Below are positions 46,577-61,000 of a stretch of 64,000 bases of DNA, piece after piece. Numbering within the stretch: position 1 is the first letter of the stretch; each line of letters opens with the position of its first letter. Under the pieces are notes generated by a model. It was not told where the DNA came from and did no database searches. It was given only the letters and a program-made list of their open reading frames with translations. The stretch comes from Eledone cirrhosa (taxonomy: Eukaryota): contig OZ024744.1 of NCBI GenBank assembly GCA_964016885.1, forward strand, positions 118,296,001 through 118,360,000, in the 5' to 3' direction. The position numbers were made by a program, and so were the translations under genes.

Positions 46577-47151
46577 TCTTTATAAATGGCAATTTCTGTC
46601 TGTCTGTGTGTAACCAGTTGACGTCTAAACCAGTGATCCGATCCTGATGAAACTTTACACACGTTAAGCTAATATTCAGAAACAGGACTGGCTAATAAAA
46701 ATCAATAATGGAACCCCTGGAGACATTAAACCCTCCCTCCCACTACTCCCCTTCCTCCCACAACTCAGTTCTCCAAAACGAGGCAGCAATTTATTTGTTT
46801 TATTGTTCTTCATTCTGTAGAGAGAGGGGGAATGAGAGAGCGGGGATAAGAGAGAGAGGGGGAGAAAGAGAAAGAGAGCCAAGGAAAGAGTGAGAGGGGG
46901 GATTAGGGAAGAGAGAGAAAGAAAACAGAAAAATGATAGCATAGTTCGATAACTATTATTTTTTTTTTTTAAACGCTTCTTAACTAACTCCATTCTTAAC
47001 GTTACTTCTCTTTATCTCTCTCTTTCACAAAAGTTGCAACGAGACTGTGTGTATGTGAGCGTGTGTGTGTGTCTCGGCATTCTTAAATTAGAGACGTGTG
47101 TGTTTATCACCGTACTTAAGTTAGAGACATATATATCCCAGTTACTGTCTC

Positions 47152-47202
<51 letters not shown>

Positions 47203-47394
47203 TAAACGGAATAGAAAATGCTGACAAATTGTTCACAGTTGAAAAATGGTTTAATTAGGAATAAAAGAGTATTAGTGATTGTATGGGTTAGTATTCAGTT
47301 GTGGTTTTAAGTTTTTAAGTTTTTACCGGTTGCGCATTTCTAAATGCTTTTCAAAAATAATTTTGAGATAGAGTGTCCGTGCTGTTTGCTCTGA

Positions 47395-47466
<72 letters not shown>

Positions 47467-48138
47467 GCAAAAAGGAAAGGTTGTATGTGACACCTTGATC
47501 TATTAGAAATATTAGAAAAATCCATTTCAAATCACAGCAAACAGTCTAACACACACATGCACGCGTGTGTGTGTGTGTGTATATATGTCAGAGAAGCCAC
47601 TATAACTGTTGGTGTACCTAAAAGAAATAGAAAACAGATCTCCCCTCAAACAAGATCCTACTGCCATAGAGGTAAAAGTTGGTGAAAGCTACAGTGTAAA
47701 AATTTTAATTAACCCAGGCTCTGCTGCATTTTGGTAAATTTATTTTATTTTATTTTATTTTATTTTATTTTATTTAGGCTTTTTAAAAATAGCCTTCACA
47801 TTTTGTTTGAATTTCAGAGGTTCTGAGTGTGCAAAAAAAAAAAAAGGATAAATAAAATTTAAATTTATTTTTTTGGGTCATGCCCTTTTCACTGACATAC
47901 CTAATGATTCTTCCTAGTGCGAAGCATTATATATGCTGACTGTAATAGGGAGCAGTATTTAACAAATCACCACTGGACAAAACTAATAATATTTTTATCT
48001 ACATGATTTACTTTAAACAAAAAGCAATAAATATTCTGCTATAATTCCTACTTTGGTTAAAATTTAGCAATCATATTTGAATGGTCAAATATTGTAACTT
48101 TAATAAAATACTCAGGAATCACCGGATAGCTCAGCTGG
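46577..48138 (+). mobile_element. Non-autonomous Helitron sharing its 3' part with the large Helitron
   Basis: 47460-48138 is collinear with 41650-42375 and ends TAGCTCAGCTGG|T. Confidence 0.75.
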
Positions 48139-48149
48139 TATATATATAT

Positions 48150-49000
48150 ATAGATAAATGGTACATATCATCCCACATAGTCTACTGGTAAGTTTCCCTG
48201 CCTGCTTCAGTTTGATTATCATGGCACGATTTGTGTTGCCATGTTAGCCCACTTGCAAAGCGACACATTTTGGTACAGGTGCCACATACAAAATCAAGGC
48301 GTATGGGATAATCAAAGGGATTATTTCAATGAGTGTGACATCTGCTATGGCTTAGTAGCCCAACCTTTAACATACACGTCCACATCCCTCACAGGTAAGA
48401 TTCTCTTTCAAACCCCGTTCTGGGATCGGACAACATATTTACCTGCTTACTTCACTTCAGCATAAGCCTTCTATTTTTGTTTTGCCTTGTACAAGCTCAC
48501 CATAAAAGATACCCTTTGGAAGCCTTGCTTCATTCATGCAAACAAGATTCCCTATCCAAGGTTTCTGACTCTTGTAGAGCACCCCAATCTTTGTAAAACT
48601 TCTGTATCAGTTATCATGCTTCTCTATTTAATACCTAGGATGTGCCGAAGGACCTTTTGGTGGAATCTGTCAAGTATCTTGAAATGCCACTGGTCAGTGG
48701 TGCATGCTTCACACCTATACAACAAAACTGTAAACACACATACCTTAATCACGGTTATTTTTGTCCTCAATTTTATGCCTCTGTTTGACTACACCCTTTC
48801 CACTAATTTTCCAAATGCTGTACATGCCTTCTGTACTTGAAGATACTGTACTGATTTCTACATCTAAACTCTAACGCTTGACAAAGTACTACCCAGACAC
48901 ACAAAAACATCCACCTCAGCCAATCAAGTCCCATTCACATATATATCTAACACAATATAAGGTTCTCTTGCTGCTGGAGTGTACATCACTTTGGTCTAGC
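48150..49000 (-). mobile_element. Old LINE RT C-terminal remnant, RTE-like
   Basis: Minus-strand translation shows GIKLRTKITVIKVCVFTVLLY, FHQKVLRHILGI. Confidence 0.55.
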
Positions 49001-49069
49001 TAAGCTTACAGTGAGCCCCAAAAAGTGCACATACTTCTACACGTATACATACACATGTACATACATATG

Positions 49070-50438
49070 TAGGTTTTCACCAAGACTTCATCCTTAGCCC
49101 CCTCCTATTTATTATTGCTCTACAGGCCATAACAGAAGAGTTTATGACTGGCTGCCCATGGGAACTTCTATATGCAGATGTTCTAACTCTTATAGCTGAA
49201 TCTATGATAGAATTAGAGAAGTATAGCCTAGAATCAAAAGGTCTTAAAGTTAACTTGTCTAAGACTAAAGTTCTAGTATGTAGAAAGGGGTAGGTAGAAA
49301 TTCCATTCTATGTCCCAAATGTAAACTATGGGTACATAAAAGATGTGGGAACACAGGTAAGCTATCAAAGAATGTAGGTTTTATATGTGGCTGATGCTCA
49401 GGTGCAGTAAGTAGCAAGTGCCCACTGGATACTAGCTCCTTTTACTGCCCAGATGGTTCTATAGAAATAGTGGACACTTTCTGTTACCTGAGTAACAAAA
49501 TCAGCAGTGGGGGAGGGTGCTCTGAAAGTACAGTAGCCAAAATAAGAACAGGATGGAAAAATGTAAATGAACTAAGTGAGAAATTAGGCATAAGAGGGAT
49601 CAGATGCAGTTTACTAGAGAGGAGATTAAGTTGGTATGGTCATGTGATGTGTATCAAGGATGACAGCTGTATAAAAAGGTGCAGGGTGATCAACATTGAT
49701 GGAAGCTATGGAGTAGGAAGACCTGGAACGAGGTGATAAAAGCTGACCTTGCTCAATTGCACCACTCTAAGACAATGTCACTGGATCGAGACCTTTGGCG
49801 CTACTCAGTAATACAGAAGACTCACCTTCCCTTGCGTATGGGTTGAAGCATATATCTTATATGCACCTCCACCACTTCTCACATCATAACACCCCACCAG
49901 TAAGCAGTTCTTAATCCACTATACTCCCTTCCACACACCCCCAACTCCAACTTCCCACTTCTGACCACACCACCCTTGTGTTGGTGTCACAAAAAGTACC
50001 CAGTACACACTGTAAAGTGGTCATGTAGGTGGCATGATAAAAAGTACCCAGTACACACTGTAAAGTGGTCATGTAGGTGGCATGATAAAAAGTGCCCAGT
50101 ACACACTGTAAATGTGGTCATGTAGGTGTCACAACAAAAAGTATGCAGTCCACACTGTAAAGTGGTCATGTAGGTGTCACAACAAAATGTACCCAGTACA
50201 CACTGTAAAGTGGTCATGTAGGTGTCACAACAAAAAGTACACAGTACATACTGTAAAGTGGTCATGTAGGTGTCACAACAAAATGTACCCAGTATACACT
50301 GTAAATGTGGTTGGAATTACAAAGGGCATTCAGCCATAGAAATCTAGCCAGAAACAGTCCTTGCCGCTAATGGGACAAACCCGTGTAACCCATGCTAGCA
50401 TGTAAAATAGATATTAAACAATGATGATGATGATGATT
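49070..50438 (+). mobile_element. Decayed RTE LINE with a 3'UTR tandem expansion
   Basis: LSPLLFII...GCPWELLYAD through to GAT tail; ~45-48-bp unit repeated about 7 times at 49985-50310. Confidence 0.9.
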
Positions 50439-51347
50439 ATACATATATATACCTATATACATATTTTATAGACACATATATACTGCATCTCGGTTTCCAG
50501 AATTGCCATCCATTGATCTTTTCATACATAGGTAGCACAAACAGGAATTTTTAGCCCTACCGAGGACTTAGATTCTTTTCTGCATATGCTGAAGCGAAAG
50601 AAAAAATAAATGGCCATGCTCACACAACACATGTACAAGTTGTTTAGATCAAGTGATGTTTGAAGTGAAGAAAGGCCTTGCACTGGACCAATCCTACTCT
50701 CTGAATAATGGTGATAGGTATCCAAAAAGAAGAACAGGTCAACATCATTAGTTGCCATTGAGTGACAGGTTTTACACCAGAATGATGTCCTAACAAGTAC
50801 CAGGGGCCTCTCATTCTTGATGGACTAACAGAGGACACTCGAGCAACAAGCCAAGTATTTCCAAGTCCCCACACAAAAGTAGATATAAAAAGATAGAGGA
50901 AAGAACATATTTATATTTTGTTACAAATTGTAAACAATATTTTAATTATTGTATTTTTATCCAAGTGATAAACAATGTTTTATTATTCATTCTGGAATCA
51001 TACTTTATTAATATATTATTCTGTAAACTATCAAAGACATATCTACACACACATTAAATACCTTTTTTTAACTGTGGTCACCTACCAATACCCATCAGAA
51101 ATACACCCAATTATATATAAATAAATAAATATCATACAACAGCAGAGGTCCGAAGAGCTTTTAATTCCAGAGTCGGGCCAGATCAACACAGATCAACACA
51201 GATGAGCTGATCAAGATGGTTTGATAACATCCATGAGCTTGGCTGGTCTCGCTTGGAAATCCAGCTGGATCAATTGGAGACGGATGCTTCTGACAGGACC
51301 ATAACCCTCTCAGGAAGAAGTGGGTGAAGGAGGAGGAGGAGGAATAT

Positions 51348-52536
51348 CACCATCATCATCATCATCGTTTAATGTCCATTTTCCACGCTAGCATGGGTTT
51401 GGACGGGAATTGTCCCACTTGAGGCAAGATTGGTTGTCTTGCTCAGGACTGTCTGGCGGGTTTACTACGGCTGGATGCCCTTCCTAACACCAACCACATT
51501 TACAGTGTGGACTGGGAGGTTTTTACCATGTTACCTACACGGCTACATTACAGCGTGGACTGTGTGTTTTTTTGTCGTGACACCTACACGACCTCATTTA
51601 TTTAGGACTGGATGTTGTGGTACCAACATAACTTTACATCGAAAGGGGTGGTGTAGATGGCGGTGGGGTAGGGTTAGTGGGACGGGGGTGTATTTTGGTT
51701 AAGAGGTGCCTACTGACTGTAGGTTTTACTTTGTACTTAGGCAAGGCGGGTCTTCTGTATTACTGTGTAGCGCCAAAGATCTCGGTCCAGTGACATCGTC
51801 TTGGAGGTGTGTGTGAGGTCGGAATTTATCAAGTCGTCCCAGGTTTTTCTGGGTCTGCCTACTCCGTGGCTACCGTCTATCTTTATTGCCCTGCACTTTG
51901 TTATACAGCTGTCGTCTTTCATGCGCATCACGTGACCGTACCAACGTAGCCTTCTCTCGAGTAAACAACATCTGATCCCTCTTATTCCTAATTTCTCATT
52001 TAGTTCATTTATGCTTTGCCGTTCGCGTATATTACTATTACACACCCAACGGAGCATGCAAGCTTCGTTCCTCTCCAGTCTGCGTAGATCCTCTGCACAC
52101 AAGGCCCATGTCTCACTGCCATGTAGCATTGCTGTTCGTATGCAGGCATCATACAGCCTGCCTTTCATTTTTAGAGAGAACCCTTTAGCGGCCAATAGTG
52201 GTATAAGCTCTCTGAACTTTTTCCATCCCGTTCTGACTCTAGCTACTGTACTTTCAGAGCACCCTCCCCCACTGCTGATTTTGTCACCCAGGTAACGGAA
52301 GCTGTCCACTATTTCTATAGAACCCTCTGGGCAATGGAATGAGCTAGTATTTTGTGGGCACTTGCTGCTACTTATTGCACCAGAGCATGGCCATTTCCCA
52401 GATGGGACCAGTGCCCTATTCTCCTTCCTACATATTAGGACTTTAGTCTTAGACAAGTTAACTTTAAGGCCTTTTGATTCTAGGCCATGCTTCCATGTTT
52501 GGAATTTCTTCTCTAGTTCAGCCATTGATTCAGCTA
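51348..52536 (-). mobile_element. 5'-truncated RTE LINE lacking the PHD segment
   Basis: ORF 51737-52525 aligns to the intact ORF but reads GKWPCS-GAISS. Confidence 0.95.
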
Positions 52537-52561
52537 TATAGAATATATATATATATATATA

Positions 52562-53997
52562 TCTAATATATATTTGTGAAATGGGCAGTGGTTGAAATTC
52601 AGATGTGCACGGTTAAATGGTAGTAGACGTGGTCGGATGGATATGGAAATTTACACCCCTATGTAAAAAGTGCCAAGGAAACAAATAGACGAGGTTTCAA
52701 ATCTCTAACTTGAAAAATGTGGTCCCTGGGGTCCCAAAACTATCGCGTTCGGTGAGTTATTTCCCCCTGTTCTAATACTAACTCATCAATTTATTTCGCT
52801 GCGTTCTTTTGCAGCTTTCTTTCACTGTTAACATACAGTACCATTTTACGAAATGCCAATCCGAAAACGGTCACTGTTTTCCATCAAAAGATATAAAACT
52901 CTTAAATTGCGAAGAAGGGAGTCATGTTCTCAAGTACGTTTTTTCAGATATCATTTTCATTTTATTTCTAATACATGTTAACCACCACTAACAGTAAGTA
53001 GTATTTTTCGATTCATTGTCTTATTTAAAATAACATATCAAAGACAACGTTATTTCGCTGTTAATAAACTTTTGCTACTACAAGCTTCCATGGTTACGGA
53101 GAAAATCAATGAAACAGGAATTTCCCATTCAAACTGAACTGAGAGTAATCTGTGAACGCAGAAGTAAATATTTTGAGAAACGTTGCAACCGAACGAAAAC
53201 AGGAAGACAATATTTTGGTTCGTGAAGACGTTCCATGGCAATGAACGGGGCAAAAAGCGAGGATAATGCGTCGTTATGTGGAGCGTAAAGAACAATTTCA
53301 TACAAAGACAAGACCAAGTTTATGATATAAATCGAGTCGTTAGACTAATATTCTATTTAAAATAACAGAATGATTTCCAGCCCCGGAGTTTAAGAATGAT
53401 GTAAATAAAATTGAAAACGAAAATGACAGAGGTTATTAAAATAGTAAAAGTAAATAGTGAAGATTTAGGCCAGTACATACGTATGCGCCGACGGACATAC
53501 ACATACATATACATACGCACACACAAATACATACACCCCCCCCCACACACACACACACACACAAACGCACGCGCATATGTATAAATCTTATGCATTTCTA
53601 CAGTATTTTCACCAAACTTATGTACTCCGGATGGTCATGGACACTTTCATTTTTCCAGATATTGATTATATGGCCCCCCGGTAGATAACCCCTTTAATCA
53701 CTTCCTTGGAGTCGACTGAAGCACTGCAGTGCAATGCAACAAAACGTCATAACTTCTGGAGTTCGCAACAGATTTTCACAAAACTTGACACATGGACTAC
53801 GTTTGTCCTACAGATGAATGTGAACTCTCAGAATTGGCACATATTGAGTAGGGGACCCCTGGGGGGCAGGAACCCCATTTTGAAAATAGCCGATGATTTT
53901 GTAAAAGTATACTTTTCAAAGCAGCACTGAAGTATTGACATAAATGGTATACACAACTGTTATTTAATATCCGAGCAGCGCCGGGTACCTCTGCTAG
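52562..53997 (+). mobile_element. Non-autonomous Helitron containing a Penelope pseudo-LTR fragment
   Basis: 5' TCTAATATAT; 3' CCGAGCAGCGCCGGG hairpin then CTAG|T. Confidence 0.75.
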
Positions 53998-54656
53998 TAT
54001 ATATATATATATAGAATATATATATATAGAATATATATATATATATATACATGCACTACATTATACAAATATATTTAGGTGACACCAATGACTTGAGTGC
54101 ACATTTAAAGAAAACATTCGACAACTTATGATCTTTTTGCCACGTAATAATAATAGTAATAATAACATCAACAATGATAGTAATAATAATAGAACTAGAA
54201 TGATTTTTAATCAGCCACCTACCAAAGAAACACAATAGTTAATATATACAAGACTCATGATTCATACAAATACACACACAAGATTTTTTATTGTAAATCG
54301 TAAGAAGGTCACTTCTTTAACACCCCAGTACACCTCCTTGCCTAAAGATATTTTAAAATGTACAAGACACACCCTTTCGTGCATGACAAAGCATATAAAA
54401 TTACCAGACATCTACAGTGTGAAAACATTTAGGACAAAGCTGGGATAAATTTTCAAAATGTATGTAATCAGCATTTAATTAAAACAAGCCACTAAAGATG
54501 TGGTGAAATGGTGACATTTCATAGACTCTTCAGTGCAAGTATGGCAGAGGGTGGATATTATGCTACTATTTCTAACAGGTCAAGCAAAAGGGTACGTATG
54601 TAGGAGCCCTGGGTTCTCTCTCATGTGTGAGTGTTTATATATATATATATATATAG

Positions 54657-56166
54657 CAGTTGGAATTAAGAGGACTGAGAGTGAACCTAGCTAAGACAAA
54701 AGTGTTGATAAGTAGAAAAGAGATCAATCAAGGAAATGACCATGTTTGTTATGTAGGAAAGGAGTTGGCATAAATTCTATAAAATGTCCACAATGCAGAT
54801 CTTGGGTACATAAGAGATGTAGTGGGATAGCAGGCAAACTAACAGGTAGGGAAAACTACGTATGCAGTAGATGTACAGGGAAATTTGACAGTAGTAATGG
54901 CATTGATAGACACATTTTTCCAATGCAGGTGGGTTCTATAGAAGTGGTTGATAGCTTCTGGTACCTAGGTGATCAGATTAGCATGAGAGGAGGGTGTTCC
55001 GAGGCCATAGTATCTAGAATATGGACAGGTTGGAAGAAGTTTAGGGAGCTGCTTTCTCTGTTGACAAAGAAGGGTTTCTCCCTACATATGAAAGGCCTGT
55101 GTGAGATGCGCGGTGCTGCATGGTAATGAGACATGGGCAACAACAGCAGAGGATATACGACGACTGGAGAGAAATGAAGCAAGCATGCTCCGTTGGATGT
55201 GCAATGTCAATGTGCATGAATGACCCAGCATGGATGTGTTGAGAGAGAAACTGGGTATAAGAGGGATAAGTTGTGGTGTGCAGGAGAGAAGATTACGTTG
55301 GTATGGTCATGTGATGCGCATGGAGGATGACTGCTGGGTAAAGAAATGGCAAGAAATCCCAGTAGAAGGAAGACGCAGTTGAGGAAAACCACGAAAAACA
55401 AGGGCGGAGGTGGTGAGAGCTGACCTCAGATTGCTGAAGATCACGGAGGAGATGATGAAGGACTGTGACTAGTGGAGAGTTGCTGTGCTGAATAGGACCC
55501 GTCACACCCTTGCAAGCAGGGAAAAGCGGACGTAGAATGATGATGATGATATAATTAGGCATTAGAGGGATCAGATGTTTACTTGAGAGGAGATTTATGT
55601 TGGTATGGTCATGTGATGTGCACGAAAGACGACAGCTGTATAAAAAAGTGCAGGGCAATCAAAATTGGAGTAGGTAGACCCAGATAAACCTAGGACGACA
55701 TGATAAAATCCGACCTTGCACACTTACACCTCACTAAGACAATGTCACTGGATCGCGATCTTTGGCACTACACAGTAATACAGAAGACCCACCTTCCCTA
55801 CGTAAAAGTTAAACCTACAGTCAGTTGGCCCCTCTTAACCAAATATACACCCCCATCTCACTACCCCCACCCCATCCATCATCATCATCACTTACAGTGA
55901 TGTAAGCTCTCTATAAGCGGCCAATAGTGGTATAAGCTCTCTGAACTTTTTCTAGCTACTGTACTTTCAGAGCACCCTCCCCACTGCTGATTTTGTCACC
56001 CAGGTAACGGAAGGTGTCCACTATTTCTATAGAACCATCTGTGCAATGGAATGAGCTAGTATTCTGTGGGCACTTGCTGCTACTTATTGCACCAGAGCAC
56101 CGGCCACATATAAAATCTATGTTCTTAGTTAGCTTACCTGTGATCCCACTACATCTTTTATGCACC
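54657..56166. mobile_element. Cluster of three RTE fragments (54657-55551 +, 55553-55900 +, 55905-56166 -)
   Basis: PHD and C-terminal coding remnants; the first has the short CCCTTGCAAGCAGGG-type 3'UTR. Confidence 0.88.
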
Positions 56167-56167
56167 C

Positions 56168-56775
56168 TACATTACATTTCACAAAAGAGCGAGCGAGCGG
56201 TCTAGCCAAGAATAAGGGATTGACAAATTCTGAGTTTCGTACCTCACAACAGGTTTATTTTATATTTGGGGAGAGAGTAAGGGATTGAGAGAGAACCAGC
56301 AGGCGCGTATACGATATATAGGGGGGGGGGGGGGGTGAAGAATAGGAGGGAGCAGGAAGGTTATTTTATAAAATCCTAGAATTTCGGTCATAATTAAACG
56401 AACAAGAGGTTATTTTAGAAAACGAGAGAGAAGGTTATAAAATAATCTATGGGATAGTTAGCGAGAAGGTTTAAATAAAATACTCGAATTTTGGGCATAA
56501 TTGAACAAGCATATAACAGTAATAAGAGAAGAATTATGGGATTTGAAAATACAAGAAGATTATTTTGAACAATCAGACAGAATTATAGAATAGCATTGAA
56601 AAAGCAAAGATTGGATTCTGGACGATATGATAGAGATAGATGAATGGACCGGGGAAGATGGAGAGAAGAGGAAAAAAATAGCATTTGTACATTACATTTC
56701 ACAGAAGAGCGAGCGAGCGGTCTCGCCAAGAATAAGGGATTGACGAGGCGAGAAGGTTTAAATAGAATCCTCGAT
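56168..56775. repeat. Unclassified interspersed repeat, also at ~61760-62180
   Basis: Shared blocks TACATTACA..., TTGACAAATTCTGA..TCGTACCTC, CAGACAGAATTATAGAATAGCATTGA. Confidence 0.7.
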
Positions 56776-57513
56776 TATATGTATATATAGTAATAATAAT
56801 AAATTTGAAGACTAAAATCCAAAGAGGGCTCGATAAGGATAAATATATATCAAATATATAATTAATATATTCATTTTTGAGATTTCTGATCTGAAAACGT
56901 GTTGAAACAGATATTGTTACACTCTGGGAGGGTCATGTTGCCAATAAAAACGTTGGTTTTCACTTCAATTTATTATAAGTTTCCGGTTGGTTGGTTGGCT
57001 CTGTAACCGGAAGGTTGTTTATATGTTGTCAAAGATCAGTGACTAGATTTTTTTTCATTTTGTGTCTCTCCTTTGATCTGTCCTACACCATCTTGTAATA
57101 AATTGAAGTGAAAACCAACAGGTGTGTGTGTTTTTATTGGCATCATGACCCTGTTTCATTGGTAGTGGGGTTCTTTCTTTCTTTCTCACATCTCAGTCAC
57201 GTCGGACGGTCTGTATTCTGAACGCTCATGAAATTCACCCAGATTATGCTGACCCGATAACCATGTTGCTTGTTTTTTTTCCTATCTTCGGTTTGCTTTT
57301 ATCCTTCTATGTTGTTTACTTGTCTCACTCGCTTTACGCGACTCACTTGTCCCAATAGCTTTTTTTAGTTATTGCTCGCACCAACCTGAGGTATATGATT
57401 TTTAATGCGATGAAATACCAATGATGGTTGGCAAATCACTGACGAGGGACTAATTTTATAATATGTAACCCATGTGCAACCACGCAGTATTCCTCTTTCT
57501 TCTCATGTTTTTT

Positions 57514-57554
<41 letters not shown>

Positions 57555-57557
<3 letters not shown>

Positions 57558-58050
57558 CAGGAAGTGTAAGTCAACAGGGTAAAATTAGCTTCGTTTATTC
57601 ATATTTGCTGTTATATATATTTCAGTGATGACCATTATTCAACATCTATGACCTCATCAGGCAGTTAGAACTTGAACAGAAAATCATAATGATTTCTTTA
57701 TTAACCACAAGGGTTTACATAAAGTAGACATTAAGGACAGTGCAGGACAATACAGTACGGTACAAATGACAGAGGTAAACTTTGTTCCATCATAATGATG
57801 GAACAAAGTTTACCTCTGTCATTTTGGTCCCCTTATATGCCCTGTCCTGAAGTATGGTGTTGTTTTCTCAAAGAACTAGTTATCACCGAAATATATATTA
57901 CAGCGAATATGAATAAATGAAGTTAATTTTAACCTGTTGACTTACACTCCTTGTTTTTAAATTAGTCCGGAGTAAACAGACAAACCTGCACACTTCATTG
58001 AGTGCTCTACCCTGCATCCTGAAGTGTCGGTAATTAACTAACACACTCAA
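57555..58050. mobile_element. Short Penelope-like inverted pseudo-LTR unit with degenerate hammerheads
   Basis: 57555-57625 inverted relative to 57885-57955; minus-strand CTGATGA...GAAA-TATATA-TA at 57605-57666. Confidence 0.6.
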
Positions 58051-58060
58051 ATTTATATAT

Positions 58061-61000
58061 CATCATCATCATCATCATCATCATCGTTTAACGTCCATCT
58101 TCCACGCTTGCATGGGTTTGGACGGGAGTTTTCCCACTTGAGGCAAGAGTGGTTGTCTTGCTCGCATAGGACTGTCTGGCGGGTTTTCTACGGCTGGATG
58201 CCCTTCCTAACACCAACCACGTTTACAGTGTGGACTGGGAGGTTTTTACCGTGTTACCTACACGGCCACATTACAGCGTGGACTGTGTTTTTTTGTCGTG
58301 ACACCTACACGACCTTATTTGTTTCGGACTGGATGTTGTGGTACCAACATAACTTTACATTGAAAGGGGTGGTGTGCATGGGGTGGGGGTAGTGGGACGG
58401 GGGTGTATTTTTGTTAGAGGTGCCTACTTACTGTATTAGGTTTCACTTTGTACTTAGGTAAGGCGGGTCTTCTGTATTACTGTGTAGCGCCAAAGATCTC
58501 GGTCCAGTGACATTGTCTTGGAGAGGTGTAAGTGTGTGAGGTCGGAATTTATCAGGTCGTCCCAGGTTTTTCTGGGTCTGCCTACTCCGTGGCTACCGTC
58601 TATTTTTATTGCCCTGCACTTTTTTATACAGTTGTCTTTCATGCGCATCACGTGACCGTACCAACGTAGTCTTCTCTCGAATAAACAACATCTGATCCCA
58701 CTTATTTCGAATTTTTCCCTTAGTTTGTTTATGCTTTGCCGTTCACGAATATTACTATTACACATCCAGCGGAGCATGCAAGCTTCGTTCCTCTCCAGTC
58801 TGCGTATATCCTCTGCACACAATGCCCAGGTCTCACTGCCATGTAACATTGCTGTTCGTATGCAGGCATCATACAGCCTGCCTTTCATTTTTAGAGAGAA
58901 CCCTTTAGCGGCTAATAGTGGTATAAGCTCTCTGAACTTTTTCCATCCAGTTCTGACTCTAGCTACTGTACTTTCAGAGCACCCTCCACCACTGCTGATT
59001 TTGTCACCCAAGTAACGGAAGGTGTCCACTATTTCTATAGAACCATCTGTGCAATGGAATGAGCTAGTATTCTGTGGGCACTTGCTGCTACTTATTGCAC
59101 CAGAGCACCAGCCACATATAAAATCTATATTCTTAGTTAGCTTACCTGTGATCCCACTACATCTTTTATGCACCCATACTTTGCATTTGCCTACTCCTTT
59201 CCTACACACTGAGCATGGCCATTTCCCGGATGGGACCAGTGCCCTATTTTCCTTCCTACAAACTAGAACTTTAGTCTTAGACAGGTTAATTTTAAGGGCT
59301 TTTGATTCTAGGCCATGCTTCCATGTTTGGAATTTCTTCTCTAGTTCAGCCATTGATTCAGCTATGAGTGTTAGATCATCTGCGTATAGGAGTTCCCATG
59401 GGCAGCCGGTCTTGAACTCCTCTGTTATAGCCTGAAGGGCAATAATAAATAGTAGGAGGCTAAGAACGGAACCCTGATGAACACCAACTTTTACGTTAAA
59501 CTCTTCACTATATTCGTTGTTAATTCTAACCTTGCTGACTGTTTCTTTATACATGGCTTGTATAGCTCTCACAAGCCTTTCATCAACACCTAGTTTTCTA
59601 AGAGCCCACCAGATAATGGAACGGGGGACTCTGTCAAAGGCTTTCTCCAAGTCGACAAAAGCTAAGTAGAGGGGTTTACTTTTAGCAAGGTACTTCTCCT
59701 GTAGTCGTCATACAATGAAAAGAGCGTCTGTGGTACTTTTACCCGACACAAACCCAAACTGCATTTCTTCTAGATCAATTCGCTCTCTGATTAGTTGCAC
59801 TATTACTTTTTCTGTGACCTTCATGACCTGGTCGATTAATTTAATGCCTCTATAGTTACCCCTATCTAGAGCATTCCTTTACCCTTGTAGCAGTTAATGA
59901 TGCTGCTGCTACGCCAGTCCTTCGGAACAACCCCATTCTGTATGACTTGGTTTACTATCCGGGTGACCATAGTGTGTCACACCGTTCCAGAAGCTTTCAG
60001 CATTTCAGCAACTATTTCCGAAGGCCCAGCCGCCTTACCCGTCTTCATATCTTTGATTGCCTTACTTATTATACTACCTTCGACTAACACTGCTGGTCCC
60101 TCTATTGGATCGATGTGGGGGAGACTGTCTTTCTCCCATTTATTCTCCTCATTTAGTAGCCTTTCGTAGTGACACTTCCAAGCTACCTTCTTATCAGCGT
60201 CAGTGATGGCAAGTACACCATCATCATTAAGGACACACTTCTCCCCGACAATATCACGGTTTTCCTTGACACATTGCCTAGCAATCCTGAACACCTCACG
60301 TTTTTGGTCCTCGCGTTGTAGAACATGCTTGAACTTTCTTTCTTCTGCTTCCCTTCTTGCGAAGTACACTTGTCTCCTAGCTTCCCTCCTGGCCACTTGA
60401 TAGTCTTCTCTACTTACCCCATCCCGCCATACTTTCCAAGCCTGCTTTTTGGCCTTAATTGACTCCTCCACCTTACTGTTCCACCACCACGTTATTCTCC
60501 TCCTGCCTATAGGCCTGCTCCAGCCACAGACTTCATCTGCCGCCATCAGCAGGTTTGCTTTTAGGAATTCCCACTGTTCCTCTATATTATACGACTAATT
60601 GCTCTTCCTTACTATCGAAAGCATCAAGTAATATGCTTTTAAATTTATTACTGGCTGTGGGGTCCTTTAGCTTCCATATTTTTCTCCTGAGGATAGTCCT
60701 CTTCTGTAGTCGAGTACGTCTCATCCTGACTATGAGGTCGCTAATTATGAGTATGTTGAGAGGTGCATTCTTCATGGGGGAGGGATTTAGTGTTTACAAC
60801 AGACACTCTGTCACGTCTTCTGGTAAAGATATAATCTACCTGGCTGGTATGTTCCCCTGATCTGTAGGTGATCAAGTGATTGTCTCGTTTTTTGAAGTTA
60901 GTGTTACAGATAGTTAGGTTATTTGCGTCACAGAATTCCAGGATTCTGGAGCCTTCCTCATTTCTAGTACCAAACCCATAGCCTCCATGGATTCCGTCAT

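Noticed and set aside
50520-50880. Possible host exon in a GC-richer unique patch
   Set aside because: No recognisable protein motif, stops in all long frames, no convincing splice pair
57380-57460. CTGAGGTA...GAAA and CTGACGAG hammerhead-like words
   Set aside because: No complete core with pairing stems
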